Positions 1 to 10,886 of a DNA stretch of 64,000 nucleotides are shown piece after piece. Source of the stretch: Octopus sinensis. Its lineage: Eukaryota. The stretch covers positions 20,336,001-20,400,000 of the forward strand of contig NC_043022.1 of the NCBI RefSeq assembly GCF_006345805.1. Direction: 5' to 3'. The translations under genes and the position numbers were made by a program. Position 1 is the first letter of the stretch. Each line of letters begins with the position of its first letter. Under the pieces are notes generated by a model. The model was given only the letters and a program-made list of their open reading frames with translations. It ran no database searches and was not told the origin of the DNA.

Positions 1-378
1 AATAATAGAGAAATAAATAGAAGAGTGCCATACTTATCATGTGAAATTGGTTGAACGATATTTCAGCATCTAGCGTGCCTTCCACAGGTTAAAAAATTAT
101 ACGTCAGTCTACTTCATTTTTTTTTGTTTAGATTATATAGGACTGAGAAATAAATAGAAAAGAGTGCCATAGTTATCATGTGAAACTGGTTATTCCTCTA
201 TAACTTCTGGAGGAGTTACCTCAGTCCTATATAATCTTAACAAAAAAAAAAAAATGAAGAAGACTGATTTGTAATTTTTGAACCTGTGGAAGGCACGCTA
301 GAAGCCGAAATATCGTTCAAACAATTTCACATGATAACTATGGCACTCTTTGGCACACTTCTATTTATTTCTCTATAA
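1..378. repeat. Long inverted repeat (arms ~1-100 and ~271-378)
   Basis: Direct reverse-complement match; partial direct copy of the arm at ~145-190. Confidence 0.85.
278..320 (+). ncRNA. Variant hammerhead-like motif (A6 replaced by U)
   Basis: uugaac-CUGUGGA-a-ggc...gcc-GAAAU-AUC-guucaa; 6-bp stem I; inverted copy at 51-92. Confidence 0.4.
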
Positions 379-570
379 TGTTGGTAGATGTAGTTCATCA
401 CAATATGCAGCTGTAATGGAAGCAATCAACATTCCACCTTTGAACTTCTCTGCATTATGACTCTGAAATGCAACATCTTTTCTACCCTGATGATGGAGTC
501 TTATCTTATCCAATGTTGATTGCTTCCATTATGGTTGCATATTGTGATAAACTACATCTACTAACATTAT
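375..570. repeat. Second inverted repeat (59-bp arms)
   Basis: 375-433 is the reverse complement of 512-570. Confidence 0.85.
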
Positions 571-1122
571 GATGGATCTCTGAACCCCCAGAAACAGCTG
601 TTGGACTTACAACACCTTTCTTCGTCCCTTTTAATTTTCTCTGTCACTTAGACTCTGTGTAAGTTGGATCTCTTAGCCCTTTTGTTATCGTATATATTTT
701 GAGATGCTTTGTGTTTCTTTCACTTAATTTCAAATATAACAAAGAATTTAATAAAATAACTTAGTTATCATTAAGTTTGTGTTAGGAACGTAATTTGTGA
801 CTAAGGTTTGGTGGAATATTTTCATTCAGAACATATGAAAATAAGACATTTGTACTAAAGAGCCAGAGGCGGTTTTAGCCGGGTTGGTATTGAAAAGGTT
901 AATATAAATATCTATATATTAATGCTTAAATATTCATCATCTGAAAACCTTCACCTTTTGCATGGATACCTATATACATATTTTGTATTTCATACCAAAG
1001 CTGTTATATTTAATATATTCAATTTGTTTATCTACACAATTTCCAACATACATACCTATATTTATACATATGAATATACATACATACATACATCACACGC
1101 ATACACATATAATATGATGATA

Positions 1123-1524
1123 GGCGCAGGAGTGGCTGTGTGGTAAGTAGCTTGCTTACCAACCACATGGTTCCGGGTTCAGTACCACTGCATGGCACTT
1201 TGGGCAAGTGTCTTCTGCTATAGCTTCGGGCCGACCAAAGCCTTGTGAGTGGATTTGGTAGACGGAAACTGAAAGAAGCCTGTCGCATTATGTATATGTG
1301 TGTGTGTGTGTGTGTCTGTCTGCATTTGTCACCCCGAACATCATTTGACATGCGATGCTGGTGTGTTTACGTCCCCGTAACCCAGCAGTTCGACAAAAAG
1401 TGACTGATAGAATAAGTACTAGGCTTACAAAGAATAAGTTCCGGAGTCGATTTGCTTGACTAAAAAGGTGGCGCTCCAGCATGGCCGCAGTCAAATGACT
1501 GAAACAAGTAAAAGAATAAAAGAA
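1123..1524 (+). mobile_element. tRNA-derived SINE, family 1
   Basis: A box tggctgtgtgg, B box ggttcagt, central (TA/TG)n, tail gctccagcatggccgcagtcaaatgactgaaac. Confidence 0.8.
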
Positions 1525-1881
1525 TAGTAGTCTCTTGTAGTCCTAGGAAGCTGGTTCTGCAATTTCTTGTTGAACAAACCTTTGCATAAATGATTTGTTT
1601 ATACTGATCAAATGTATGTGTTGTACATTAGGGGACTCCCTCCATCAAATCGATATTGCTTAAACAGGTGCATGGTGTTCCATACATCAGGTGTTGTCAG
1701 AGTGATTGCAGAGCAACACAAGATGAAGAGTTTGGCTCAAGACCATAACACACCAACCAGTCCGTGAATTGAAACTGCAATCTCATGATCATGAGGGCAA
1801 CACACTAACCACTAGACCATGAACTCTAACATACAGATATATACACACAAACATTTCTCAAAGGAGACAATGATAATTTAC

Positions 1882-2019
1882 CTGTCAGGATCAAATTTTT
1901 CAGGATCAGGCCAATATTTCGGATTATGGTGCAGAGCATAGACTGGAATATTAATGCCGATTTTTGCAGGAATTGTCCAATTTTTTATGGTGATTTGCTT
2001 CTTACTTTTTCTCAGAATA
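1882..2019 (-). CDS. CYP3A-like copy A exon 12 (ILRKSKKQITIKNWTIPAKIGINIPVYALHHNPKYWPDPEKFDPDR)
   Basis: Meander/PERF-type motif WPDPEKFDPDR; AG/GTAAAT; 138 bp. Confidence 0.93.
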
Positions 2020-2407
2020 CTGCAAAATACAAAAAAGTTTTACATCTTACTTGTTTCAGGAATTAGACTTGAAGTTGAGGTGCCAACATGAATCAACTTC
2101 CACTTGATTCAATCAAATCAATTCCAGTATTTTTTTTCGCTTTAAGCCTGGTACTTATTTTATCTGTCTGCTTTTGATGAACTGCAAAGTTACTGGGACA
2201 TCAACACACTAACACTGATTGTCAAGTGGTGGCAGGGGACAACACAAGTGTTTATTACAAAAATAGGAAGCTACATTGCTGGAATGCAGTTAACGACATC
2301 AATGCTACATTGTGAACTTGAGAAAAATTTTGCATATTTTTACTGTTCCACTTACAGATTGTATTTGTAATGTGTGTGTGTGTGTTAGTTGGCTGATTTC
2401 TTTTTCT

Positions 2408-2454
<47 letters not shown>

Positions 2455-3078
2455 TATATATATATATATATATATAAATATAAATATAATAAATAAATAA
2501 AATATATGCATATATACATACATATATGTACATACTTACATCTACATGTATATATACATGCATATATATATATATGAGTTCAGGACACCCCAAACAAACG
2601 CAGAACACAATGAGAGAAGAAAACATAAAATCAAACAAGGAAACGGACTTTTTTTTAACAACGAAAAAACAAGGAAACGGACTTTTTTTAAACAACGAAA
2701 AAACAGAGTACAGGGCAAACAATACAAGGAAAATTCCCCTTCAGCTGCCCTGGTTCGACTCAATGCGTGTTATATATATATATATATATATTCTCAATTA
2801 ATGACTTGATTTGGTCATCATCTGTAGTGGATGGTCTGCCTGATCGCTCTTTATCAATAATGCTACAATCTCCAGCTCAGAACTTTGCAAACCACTTCCA
2901 TACAGTTCTTTTGGATAAAGAAACATCACTGTAAACTGCGCATATTTCTTTGGTTGCTTGTGAGACATTTTTCCCTTTACGGAAAAAGAAAAGCATCAAG
3001 TGCCGAAAATGAACTTTCTTATCTTCCATTGTAAAGGCATACAGAATTAACACAGGTTATAGGAACATAAAATAATAC

Positions 3079-3167
3079 CTGTTTGCTATGGGATATAATC
3101 TTAGTGTTTCTGAGACGCACTGACTGAGGTAAGCTAACTTTTGAACACCATCGTAATCAAGTGTTTT
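3079..3167 (-). CDS. CYP3A-like copy A exon 11 (KTLDYDGVQKLAYLSQCVSETLRLYPIAN)
   Basis: K-helix ExxR motif (ETLR); AG/GTATTA; 89 bp. Confidence 0.93.
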
Positions 3168-3229
3168 CTGCAAAATACATAAAGAGAAAAGAAGGAGTTC
3201 AACATCATCATCATTTATTATTATTATTA

Positions 3230-3282
<53 letters not shown>

Positions 3283-3514
3283 ATATACGTCACACAGTAC
3301 ACAATATTGTGAGGTTGTTGATTGAAGATATTGTGTCTACTGGGGGTTTGTACTGTTTGTCAAGTTTCAACAAGGAACTCAGACAGACAGGACTTTATGC
3401 AATATGAGTGCAGTACTGTCTGTCTGAAGCCCTTGCTGTGAGTTGACAAACTGTAAAAACCCCTGATAGACACACTATCTTTAATCAACAACCTCACAAT
3501 TAATATTATTATTA

Positions 3515-3545
<31 letters not shown>

Positions 3546-3728
3546 CATCATTATTAAGGCAGCAAGCTGATAGAATCGTTAGTGTTGGAAAAATTGCCTT
3601 GCAGTATTCTCTCTAGTTCTTTACATTCTGAGTTCAAATCCTGTTGACATCAGTTTTGCCTTTCGTCTTTCTGGGGTTGATAAAACAAAGGACCAGTCAA
3701 ATGCTGGAGTCAATGTAATTGTCTAACC

Positions 3729-3947
3729 CAGTGCTTTTCAAACATTTTGCTGGAGCGGAACCCCAAGGAAACATTCCGCTGGCTCGAGGAACCCCTGTGC
3801 AATAATTTAATAGTCTTATGCACACATATCTGCACAGGAGAATTAAAAATTACTGCCGATTTCAGCAGTTTTGTAACTTCTTGCAGAACCCCTGGACTGT
3901 ACTGGTGGAACCCTAAGGTTTCGCGGAACCCTGGTTGAAAACCACTG
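3729..3947. mobile_element. hAT (Charlie-like) MITE
   Basis: TIRs cagtgcttttcaa / ttgaaaaccactg; perfect 8-bp TSD GTCTAACC at 3721-3728 and 3948-3955. Confidence 0.85.
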
Positions 3948-4289
3948 GTCTAACCTCCTTGATAAAGTTCAAGCTGCAGAACTTGCAGAACTAGAAATCT
4001 GCTCATATTACACAATGCACTCCACCCTAAAAGTAATACCAACTGACACTACCTACCAAGAAAGGAAGATGGTGGATGATCACTAAATGTAGAAGATACC
4101 ATTAGTACCATGATACTGGGGCTGAAAAATTATGCAGTATGGAGTGAAGGAAGTGTAGACTCAGCAGATGGAGATGGTTTGTGCCAAAATTGCTGGACTT
4201 GTGCCAAAATTTAGAACAATCATTATAAGTATTAAATCTAAAACATGCTCTATTTGTTAGCAAGGATGTCTTGAGGGTTGATGACAACA

Positions 4290-4540
4290 AGCCTCCCTCA
4301 AATCCCAAGAATGTTTCTTAGGATTCTGCAGATTGACAATGCAAGTCTCAATTCGAATATCTTATGTAGCAGCTTCGATGTTGCACCAAGTGTACTGATA
4401 AGTGGAGGAATAATTATCATCATCTCCCACAAATTCTTCATCTCTGTGGCTAGGTCCTGACACTCAATTTTTTCAATTTCTTTGGTATCCACTCTATTAT
4501 GATATGGCATTGCAATGTCTATATTTGGTTCTTTTCTCAT
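4290..4540 (-). mobile_element. RLE-endonuclease LINE (R4/Dong/NeSL-like) C-terminal fragment
   Basis: IDIAMP..RVDTKEIEKI..QDL..E...LW....IP.....LGA pattern. Confidence 0.6.
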
Positions 4541-4699
4541 TTATAATCATAAAAGAGGTTAAATCAAGACAGTTACATGCCATTATAACCTTCATTTGAC
4601 AGCATCCATTGTGACAAAACGAAAGATCTTCTAGAAGAACTATTTCTTGCTATTACATTGTGACAAAACGAAAGATCCTTCCAGAAAAACTAGTTCTTA

Positions 4700-4935
4700 C
4701 TATTACAAAAACTTACAAGAAGACCAGAGCTTGTGTATTGTCATCTGATGGACAAATGGAATTCTTTCAAATTGTAGCTGAGGTGCTACAAGGAGACATG
4801 CTTGCACCTTAACTGTTTGCAATTATATTGAATTATGCGAAATGGCAAGCTATAGGCATCAGTGATGAAGACCAGCTAAAACTGCAGAGAGTACTAGCAG
4901 TAAACTGTTACAGACCTGGACTTTGCAAATGATGT
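4700..4935 (+). mobile_element. Degenerate LINE reverse transcriptase fragment
   Basis: VLQGDMLAP*LFAIILNY and TDLDFANDV-like motifs. Confidence 0.55.
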
Positions 4936-5281
4936 AATTCCTATGGAAATCCCATAAAATCCTAATTTTTTATTCTCTTTCATACCTTCTGGTGTGTGTT
5001 CATACCACTTTTCTGTTACATTGAATCCACACACTTGTTTAACATCCCTATGCTCTCTTTTACCAACAAAGTCATGATAATGTTTATACTCATTTTGTGC
5101 TAGCTTACTGCATTTGCTATCTGACTGAGTTAGAAATATTCTTACATAAAAATCAAAATGGATGTGCTAATTAAATACGAACATTTTAAAATGGAAGGTT
5201 TTGTGTTTTAAAATCAGCAGGCATCAAATGTTGGTACTAAAAACAGTTGAAAGATAAAAGGGGGCCGTAAGGGTTACTGAC

Positions 5282-5439
5282 CTTTCCAATGACTGATTGG
5301 ATTTCCTGATACACTTTATCTTGGATGTCTTCGTGTAAGGCTAAAAGGTGGGCCATAAAAGACAAAGTGGTTGCTGTTGTTTCATAGCCAGCCATAAAGA
5401 AAATGATGCTCTGGGCAATGATTTCTTCATCGGTTAATT
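5282..5439 (-). CDS. CYP3A-like copy A exon 10 (I helix, LTDEEIIAQSIIFFMAGYETTATTL)
   Basis: AGYETT oxygen-binding motif; AG/GTCAGT; 158 bp. Confidence 0.95.
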
Positions 5440-5837
5440 CTAACAAAAGAAAAAAACAATGAGAAAAGAAATTTTTTTAAAAATCAAATTTTGTAAAATA
5501 CATTTCAAGATTTTGATTATTTCCCAATCAGTAATTGTGAGCATGGAAAAGTGGATAGTGATGATGATGATGGTGATGGTGGTGGTGGTGATAATGATGA
5601 TGATGGTGAGGATGATGAAGGGGCAGGGGTGACAAACAGCACACAAACACAAAGACACTTAAAACCGGCACTGTGTCAGTTACGATGACGTGCATTCCAG
5701 TTGATCTGATTGATGGAACAGCCTGTTCATGAAATAAACATGCGAGTGGCTGAGCACTCCACAGACCTGTGTACCCTTAACAGTTCTCAAGGATATTCAG
5801 CATGACACAGATTTCAAAACAACAGAGTTATACTTAC

Positions 5838-6015
5838 TTCTCTTAACTAACTTTGTAGGTATCGGAACATCATCATTTGTTGCATCACCATTCACTGTAT
5901 TGCCATTATTTGCATCATCATTCTTCACGTCATCATTCTTTGCATTCTTTTCAGGTTGTTCTTCGGTAAAATCATTTTGTTGATCAATCATCAATTGCAG
6001 AAGATCTTTCCTGAA
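5838..6015 (-). CDS. CYP3A-like copy A exon 9 (FRKDLLQLMIDQQ plus Asn/Asp-rich loop)
   Basis: H-helix RxDLLQLMID motif; AG/GTAAGT; 178 bp. Confidence 0.9.
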
Positions 6016-6436
6016 CTATTAAATAGAAAATTTAAGAAGAGAAAAATGAAGACGGGAAAAATTATAATTCAATGTTGTACAGGCATAGATAGAATGGTAG
6101 GTAGATGGATATGCATAAGGAGTTCAAATACTGCCAAGATCAAATTCGCATGTCTCCGTTTCAGGGTCACAATATAAAATGTTAGTTCTTTACTGGAGTC
6201 ATTCATTCTCTTTCCGTCTGTCTTTTCTTTTTTTACAGCATCCAGCTGTAAAAATCCTGCCAAAACAGTCACAGAAGTCCGGTGCAGGCTTATGCTTGGC
6301 CGGTTCCTGTCAAATCATCTCACCCATGCAAGCTGGACGTTAATCAATGATGATGTTTCAGTTCTATATTTAAGAGATGAGGAATTATGTACATTATTAC
6401 ATTCGACAGATATTTGTCCTCAATTTGTTTGTTGTT

Positions 6437-6482
6437 AACACAACGTTTCGGCTGATATACCCTCCAGCCTTCTTCAGGTGTC
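6437..6482 (-). ncRNA. Minimal type I hammerhead ribozyme-like motif
   Basis: gacac-CUGAAGA-a-ggcug(loop)cagcc-GAAAC-GUU-guguu: stem I 5 bp, stem II 5 bp, palindromic AACGUU stem III; activity untested. Confidence 0.6.
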
Positions 6483-6672
6483 TTGGGGAAATTTCGAACT
6501 GGGTTCTCATTCATAAGGTATTTTTTGTTCGATGTTATTATTATTATTAATAATAATAATGCCCACGGGCAAATGGCGTAGTGGTTGAGAGCATGGGCTA
6601 CTAACCCCAAGATTCCAAATTCGATTCCGAGCAGTGACTTGAATAATAATAATAATATTAATAATAATAATG

Positions 6673-6717
<45 letters not shown>

Positions 6718-6806
6718 TTGATAATAATAATAATAATTATAATAATAAAAACAACAACATCGAAAAATACCTTAGGAATGAGAACCCAGGTTCGAAGTTT
6801 CCCCAA

Positions 6807-6852
6807 GACACCTGATGAAGGCTGGAGGGTATATCAGCCGAAATGTTGTGTT
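6807..6852 (+). ncRNA. Minimal type I hammerhead ribozyme-like motif (inverted partner)
   Basis: gacac-CUGAUGA-a-ggcug...cagcc-GAAAU-GUU-guguu. Confidence 0.55.
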
Positions 6853-7002
6853 AACAACAAACAAGATGAGGACAAATAGCCGTCAAATGTAAATAATGCA
6901 AATGATGATGTTTGCTCTGTGTGTGACTCTTCTCAAATAGGACAACTTATGGCATGAAGTAAAAAATGTTCAATTTATAAAAAACAAAACACTGAACTTT
7001 AC

Positions 7003-7124
7003 CTGGCCATTAGTTCGTTTCCGATCTGCCAAGATTTTCTTGCATAAATCATAAAAGAATTGTCTTGATCGAGTTGCAACCACTCGTGTGAATAACAGGA
7101 ACTTGAAAAACTTGCGTGAAATAA
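7003..7124 (-). CDS. CYP3A-like copy A exon 8 (FISRKFFKFLLFTRVVATRSRQFFYDLCKKILADRKRTNGQ)
   Basis: F/G helix region; AG/GTAAAG; 122 bp; phases match neighbours. Confidence 0.88.
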
Positions 7125-8114
7125 CTACAAAGATACAAAAGAACGACGTGTTTAACTGATAGTATATATGTGTGTGTATGTGTCTGTGTGAGTGTATGTG
7201 TGTATATGTGTGTGTGCATGTATGTGTATGTGGGTGTGTATATATGTGTGTTTATATATATGAGTGTGTTTGTGTATATGTGTGTGTGTATATATATACA
7301 TATATATATACACACACACAATAAAATTGGCTCATTACTTTTGACTGACAGATTTTAAAAAATTATTTTTTGTAACTAAACACTTTCAAACTTCGTATAT
7401 TTGTAGAATGTGTCACATAAAACATCTTTTACTCTTGGTGCTGTTGAGAAAATTCTGTATTTTGGAAGTTATTTCTTGTTAAAGTAGTCGTATTTTGGTA
7501 ATTTCAACCAATTGAAATTAACAATTAATTTTAATTTGATTATTAACAATTTTAAGGAACGCAATTTATCATGTCTTCATAAAATTGGGTATACTTTCTC
7601 CAGATATAAATAGTACTTATTATAAACTACCCTTTAAACTAAATACAACTAGTTATAATGAGCATTTTTACTTTAATATATATAGGAGTAGTAAAATTGT
7701 AATGGGGGGGTTGTGGAGTTTAGTGGGTGCTTTTTACGTGCCACCGGCACAGGTGCCAGATACACATATATATATACAACAGGTTTGTTTCAGTTTCTGT
7801 CTAGCAAATCCACTCATAAGGATTTGGTTGGACTGAGACTATAGTAGAAGACATTTATCCAAAGTGCCAAACATTGGGACTGAACCCAGAACCATGTTGT
7901 TGGGAAGCAAGCTGGTTACCACATAGCCATATATATATTATCATCATACATATACATCCACATATATATACATAGATATATATACATCGATACACATATA
8001 CACATATACACACATACTCACTTTGATATTATGTACATAAATTACATTAGATTAAAAAACAACAGTAAAATATAAAGGAAACATATAAAAAGACAAAAAA
8101 AAGGGTCAGCTAAC

Positions 8115-8263
8115 AAGAAATGACAAAGGTTGATTTGAATCGACTTCTGCGGACCAAGTAAGTGGCATTCTTGACAAATGGATTGTCTGGATTCTTCTGT
8201 GAGTTAACTTCTACACCAAAAGCTGTTGTAGCAATAACATCCATAGTATAGCAACCAAACAGA
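8115..8263 (-). CDS. CYP3A-like copy A exon 7 (LFGCYTMDVIATTAFGVEVNSQKNPDNPFVKNATYLVRRSRFKSTFVIS)
   Basis: E-helix FG.YTMDVI.T.AFG motif; 149 bp as in CYP3A4 exon 7; AG/GTTAGC. Confidence 0.92.
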
Positions 8264-8299
8264 CTGGAATGGAAATGAGAAAACATAAAATGTGTAATG

Positions 8300-8705
8300 T
8301 GGGTTGTCATCATCAGCATCATCATCATTATCATCATCATAACTATCATCATCTGTCATCATTACCATCAACATTGTCATCCTCGTCATCACCATCTTCA
8401 TCACCATAATGGTCATCATTATCATCATTATCAATATCATCATACTCATAGTTGTCATCATCTTTATCATCATTGTCACCATAGCTGTCATCATCATTGT
8501 CATCATCATCATCATCATCGTTGTGATCATCATCATCATCATCACCATCATCAACACTGTCATCACACCTGTCATCATCTTTAGCATCATGATCATCATC
8601 ATTCTCATCACCTTTATCCTCATCATCATCCTCATCATCTTTATTATCATCAACATCACCATAGCTGTCATCATCATTGTCACTGTCATCACCACCATTA
8701 CTACT
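8300..8705. repeat. Degenerate (CAT)n tract upstream of the exon 7 acceptor (paralog at 47180-47545)
   Basis: Direct reading; present in both gene copies. Confidence 0.85.
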
Positions 8706-8848
8706 TGTTTTTAATGAGTCATAATCACCCTTGCTAGTCATAGAGGACTTCATGCCATGTGCACAACATCACCAGTAAGAAAAATCATCAAATCAGCCTC
8801 TCCTCCTTCTCCTTCTCCTCCTCCTCCTCCTCCTCCTCCTCCTCCTCC

Positions 8849-8885
<37 letters not shown>

Positions 8886-8895
8886 TTTATACCTA

Positions 8896-9464
8896 CACGG
8901 TGTCCCAAAAGTCACTGATGGCTTTCACTAAATGCATGAAATTTTGATACAATATAAACGACATAATGGAAATTAAAATGCACAGGTCAAATTTTGAAAC
9001 ACCGCTACATCACATATGAAAAATTACATCGCTTAAAAGGCAGCCATTTTTGACTTTGCATGCCCGTGCTCTTTCCAAAACTTGCTCCATAACAACCTCA
9101 AGAGTTTCAGACCCCGCTTCTCTGATTTCTCTATTGATGTTCTCCTTCAGTTGCACCAGGGTCTGCAGTTTGTTGACATAAACCCTCTCTTTCAAGTATC
9201 CCCACAGAAAAAAATCTGGACTAGTCAAGTCTGGGGAATGTAAAACCCAGTTGACATTGCTGTAGCAGGAGATTATTCTCTCTTCAAAGCATTGCCATAG
9301 CAACTGCATTGTTTCTCTTGCAGTATGAGCAGTTGCCCCATCTTACTAGAACCATGTGTGAGGTCTATTTTGAATGGCCTTTCCATTATGTCCTTTATAT
9401 TTACTTTTAAAATTAAGGAAGTTATTAAAAACTGAAACCCATCAATGACTTTTGGGACACCCAG
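8896..9464 (-). mobile_element. Internally deleted Tc1/mariner element
   Basis: TIRs cacggtgtcccaaaagtca / tgacttttgggacaccc, TA at both ends, HSPDLTSPDFFLWGYLKERVY motif; truncated copy at ~47648-47795 in paralog B. Confidence 0.85.
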
Positions 9465-10419
9465 TACTTTCCATGCAAGCATGTCACAGTTTGAATCCAT
9501 CCAAGTCCGTTCTTATTTGGGGCTCCTGCATTGTTTACCCTTTTGATAGCAACCCACTGACCCTAGTCCTATGATACAGACTTCTTGATTTAAAAACTTC
9601 TCTAACTCAAAACCTTCCATCAAACTTTCCTGTGAACTTTATCATTGTGAATCTGGTATTTGGAATATAAATTATTTTACTTAATTCTTAACTATTTTCA
9701 AAATTAATTAAAGCAAAAACAGTGTAGTTCAACAGAAATATGTTAACGAAACGGTTAAACAGGTCAGAGGTGTTCATATCACTCTTGAACATTTTTTTGT
9801 ATTCTTTGTATGGTTTTTTTATGGCTGGATTCTCTTCTTTAACACCGACCATTTTACGGAATCTACTGTAGTGGTCTTGCAGAAAGCAAGATAGGGCAAG
9901 TAAGATAGCCTGGCCATCCACTGCAGCCACCTCCATTCCTAATTATTTTGACCTTGTCTTGCCACTGGATTGAAGATGGTCGATGAATAGAGAGAGAGAG
10001 AGAGAGGTTCATAGCATGCAACTCTTCTTCACTTTAAACTAAGTCAACATGCAAGTCATCAGTCATTATAAATGATGACTAGATGATCCTCAAGGCTCTG
10101 ACAGACAAGCATGGTAGCCCTACTGGGACATTACCAGTGGCATATGATGGTTGTTATATTGGCTGTGCTGCCACACCCAATGCCACCAAGTTTCAAGCAG
10201 GGGTGTAACAAAAGTTTTCCATTAAGATTTGTGATTAAATTAATGAGTAAGATTGATATTTATAATGAATTTGCCATTTTCAATGGGTGTGCAGCACACA
10301 CCCAGCATACCCGGAATATATACCATTGGAAATTACTGAGTTGAGCTGGAGGTAGGAAGCAGCAGTAAGAGCAACAACAACAACAAAAAGAAGGTAGGTC
10401 ACCAAATGACTGTACTCAC

Positions 10420-10508
10420 TGGCTCACATCCACGTCTTCCCCTGTTTTTGCAATATTGTCGCAGGCTTCTTCCAAATTATCAGCTGCTGTCTTTATGAGT
10501 GGTTGCAT
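10420..10508 (-). CDS. CYP3A-like copy A exon 6 (MQPLIKTAADNLEEACDNIAKTGEDVDVS)
   Basis: AG/GTGAGT; 89 bp, same size and phase as CYP3A4 exon 6. Confidence 0.88.
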
Positions 10509-10769
10509 CTTGATTTCACAAAGGAAGAGAAAGGAATGGAAAGAGAGAGAGAGAGAGAGGGAGATTACAATCAAATTCCATCACATTGAATGTAGTGCTA
10601 CATGTGTTCGTGTGTGTTGTTGTGTGGAAAATGCAAGCACGAGTCTGCCCTGCCTGGAGTAGCTGCACCAACAGAGGTGCCACTTCACATGAACAGAATA
10701 GGATCATAGGAATGCAAAGGAAACATGAGTTGTGCAAGTCTAGAATCAAAAGAGGTACATAAAATATAC

Positions 10770-10886
10770 CTCTTTTAGCTTTTTGGCTGAAAAATTCGGT
10801 GACAGAAGTGTCCTTAAGTATTTCCACTCTTCATTTTTGGCATTAAGGATCATTTTCTTGGCAATTCTGTCAAGCGGAACAACTTG
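10770..10886 (-). CDS. CYP3A-like copy A exon 5 (QVVPLDRIAKKMILNAKNEEWKYLRTLLSPNFSAKKLKE)
   Basis: C-helix WxxxR motif plus LSP.F...KLK; AG/GT; 117 bp. Confidence 0.92.

Larger units (their letters stand above)
6374..6900. mobile_element. tRNA-headed SINE-like unit with Penelope-type tail and an inverted tail copy
   Basis: Inverted arms ~6388-6545 / 6745-6900 around an A/B-box head (tggcgtagtgg ... ttcgattcc) and (AAT)n; paralog at 40682-41108. Confidence 0.65.

Noticed and set aside
6561-6640. tRNA gene (A/B boxes, anticodon-like loop)
   Set aside because: There is no complete acceptor stem and it runs directly into (AAT)n and a repeat tail. It is treated as a SINE head, as are the other tRNA-like heads in the window.
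8204-8753. Poly-Asp, poly-Met and poly-His ORFs (also 47078-47591)
   Set aside because: These are translations of a degenerate trinucleotide tract inside intron 6.
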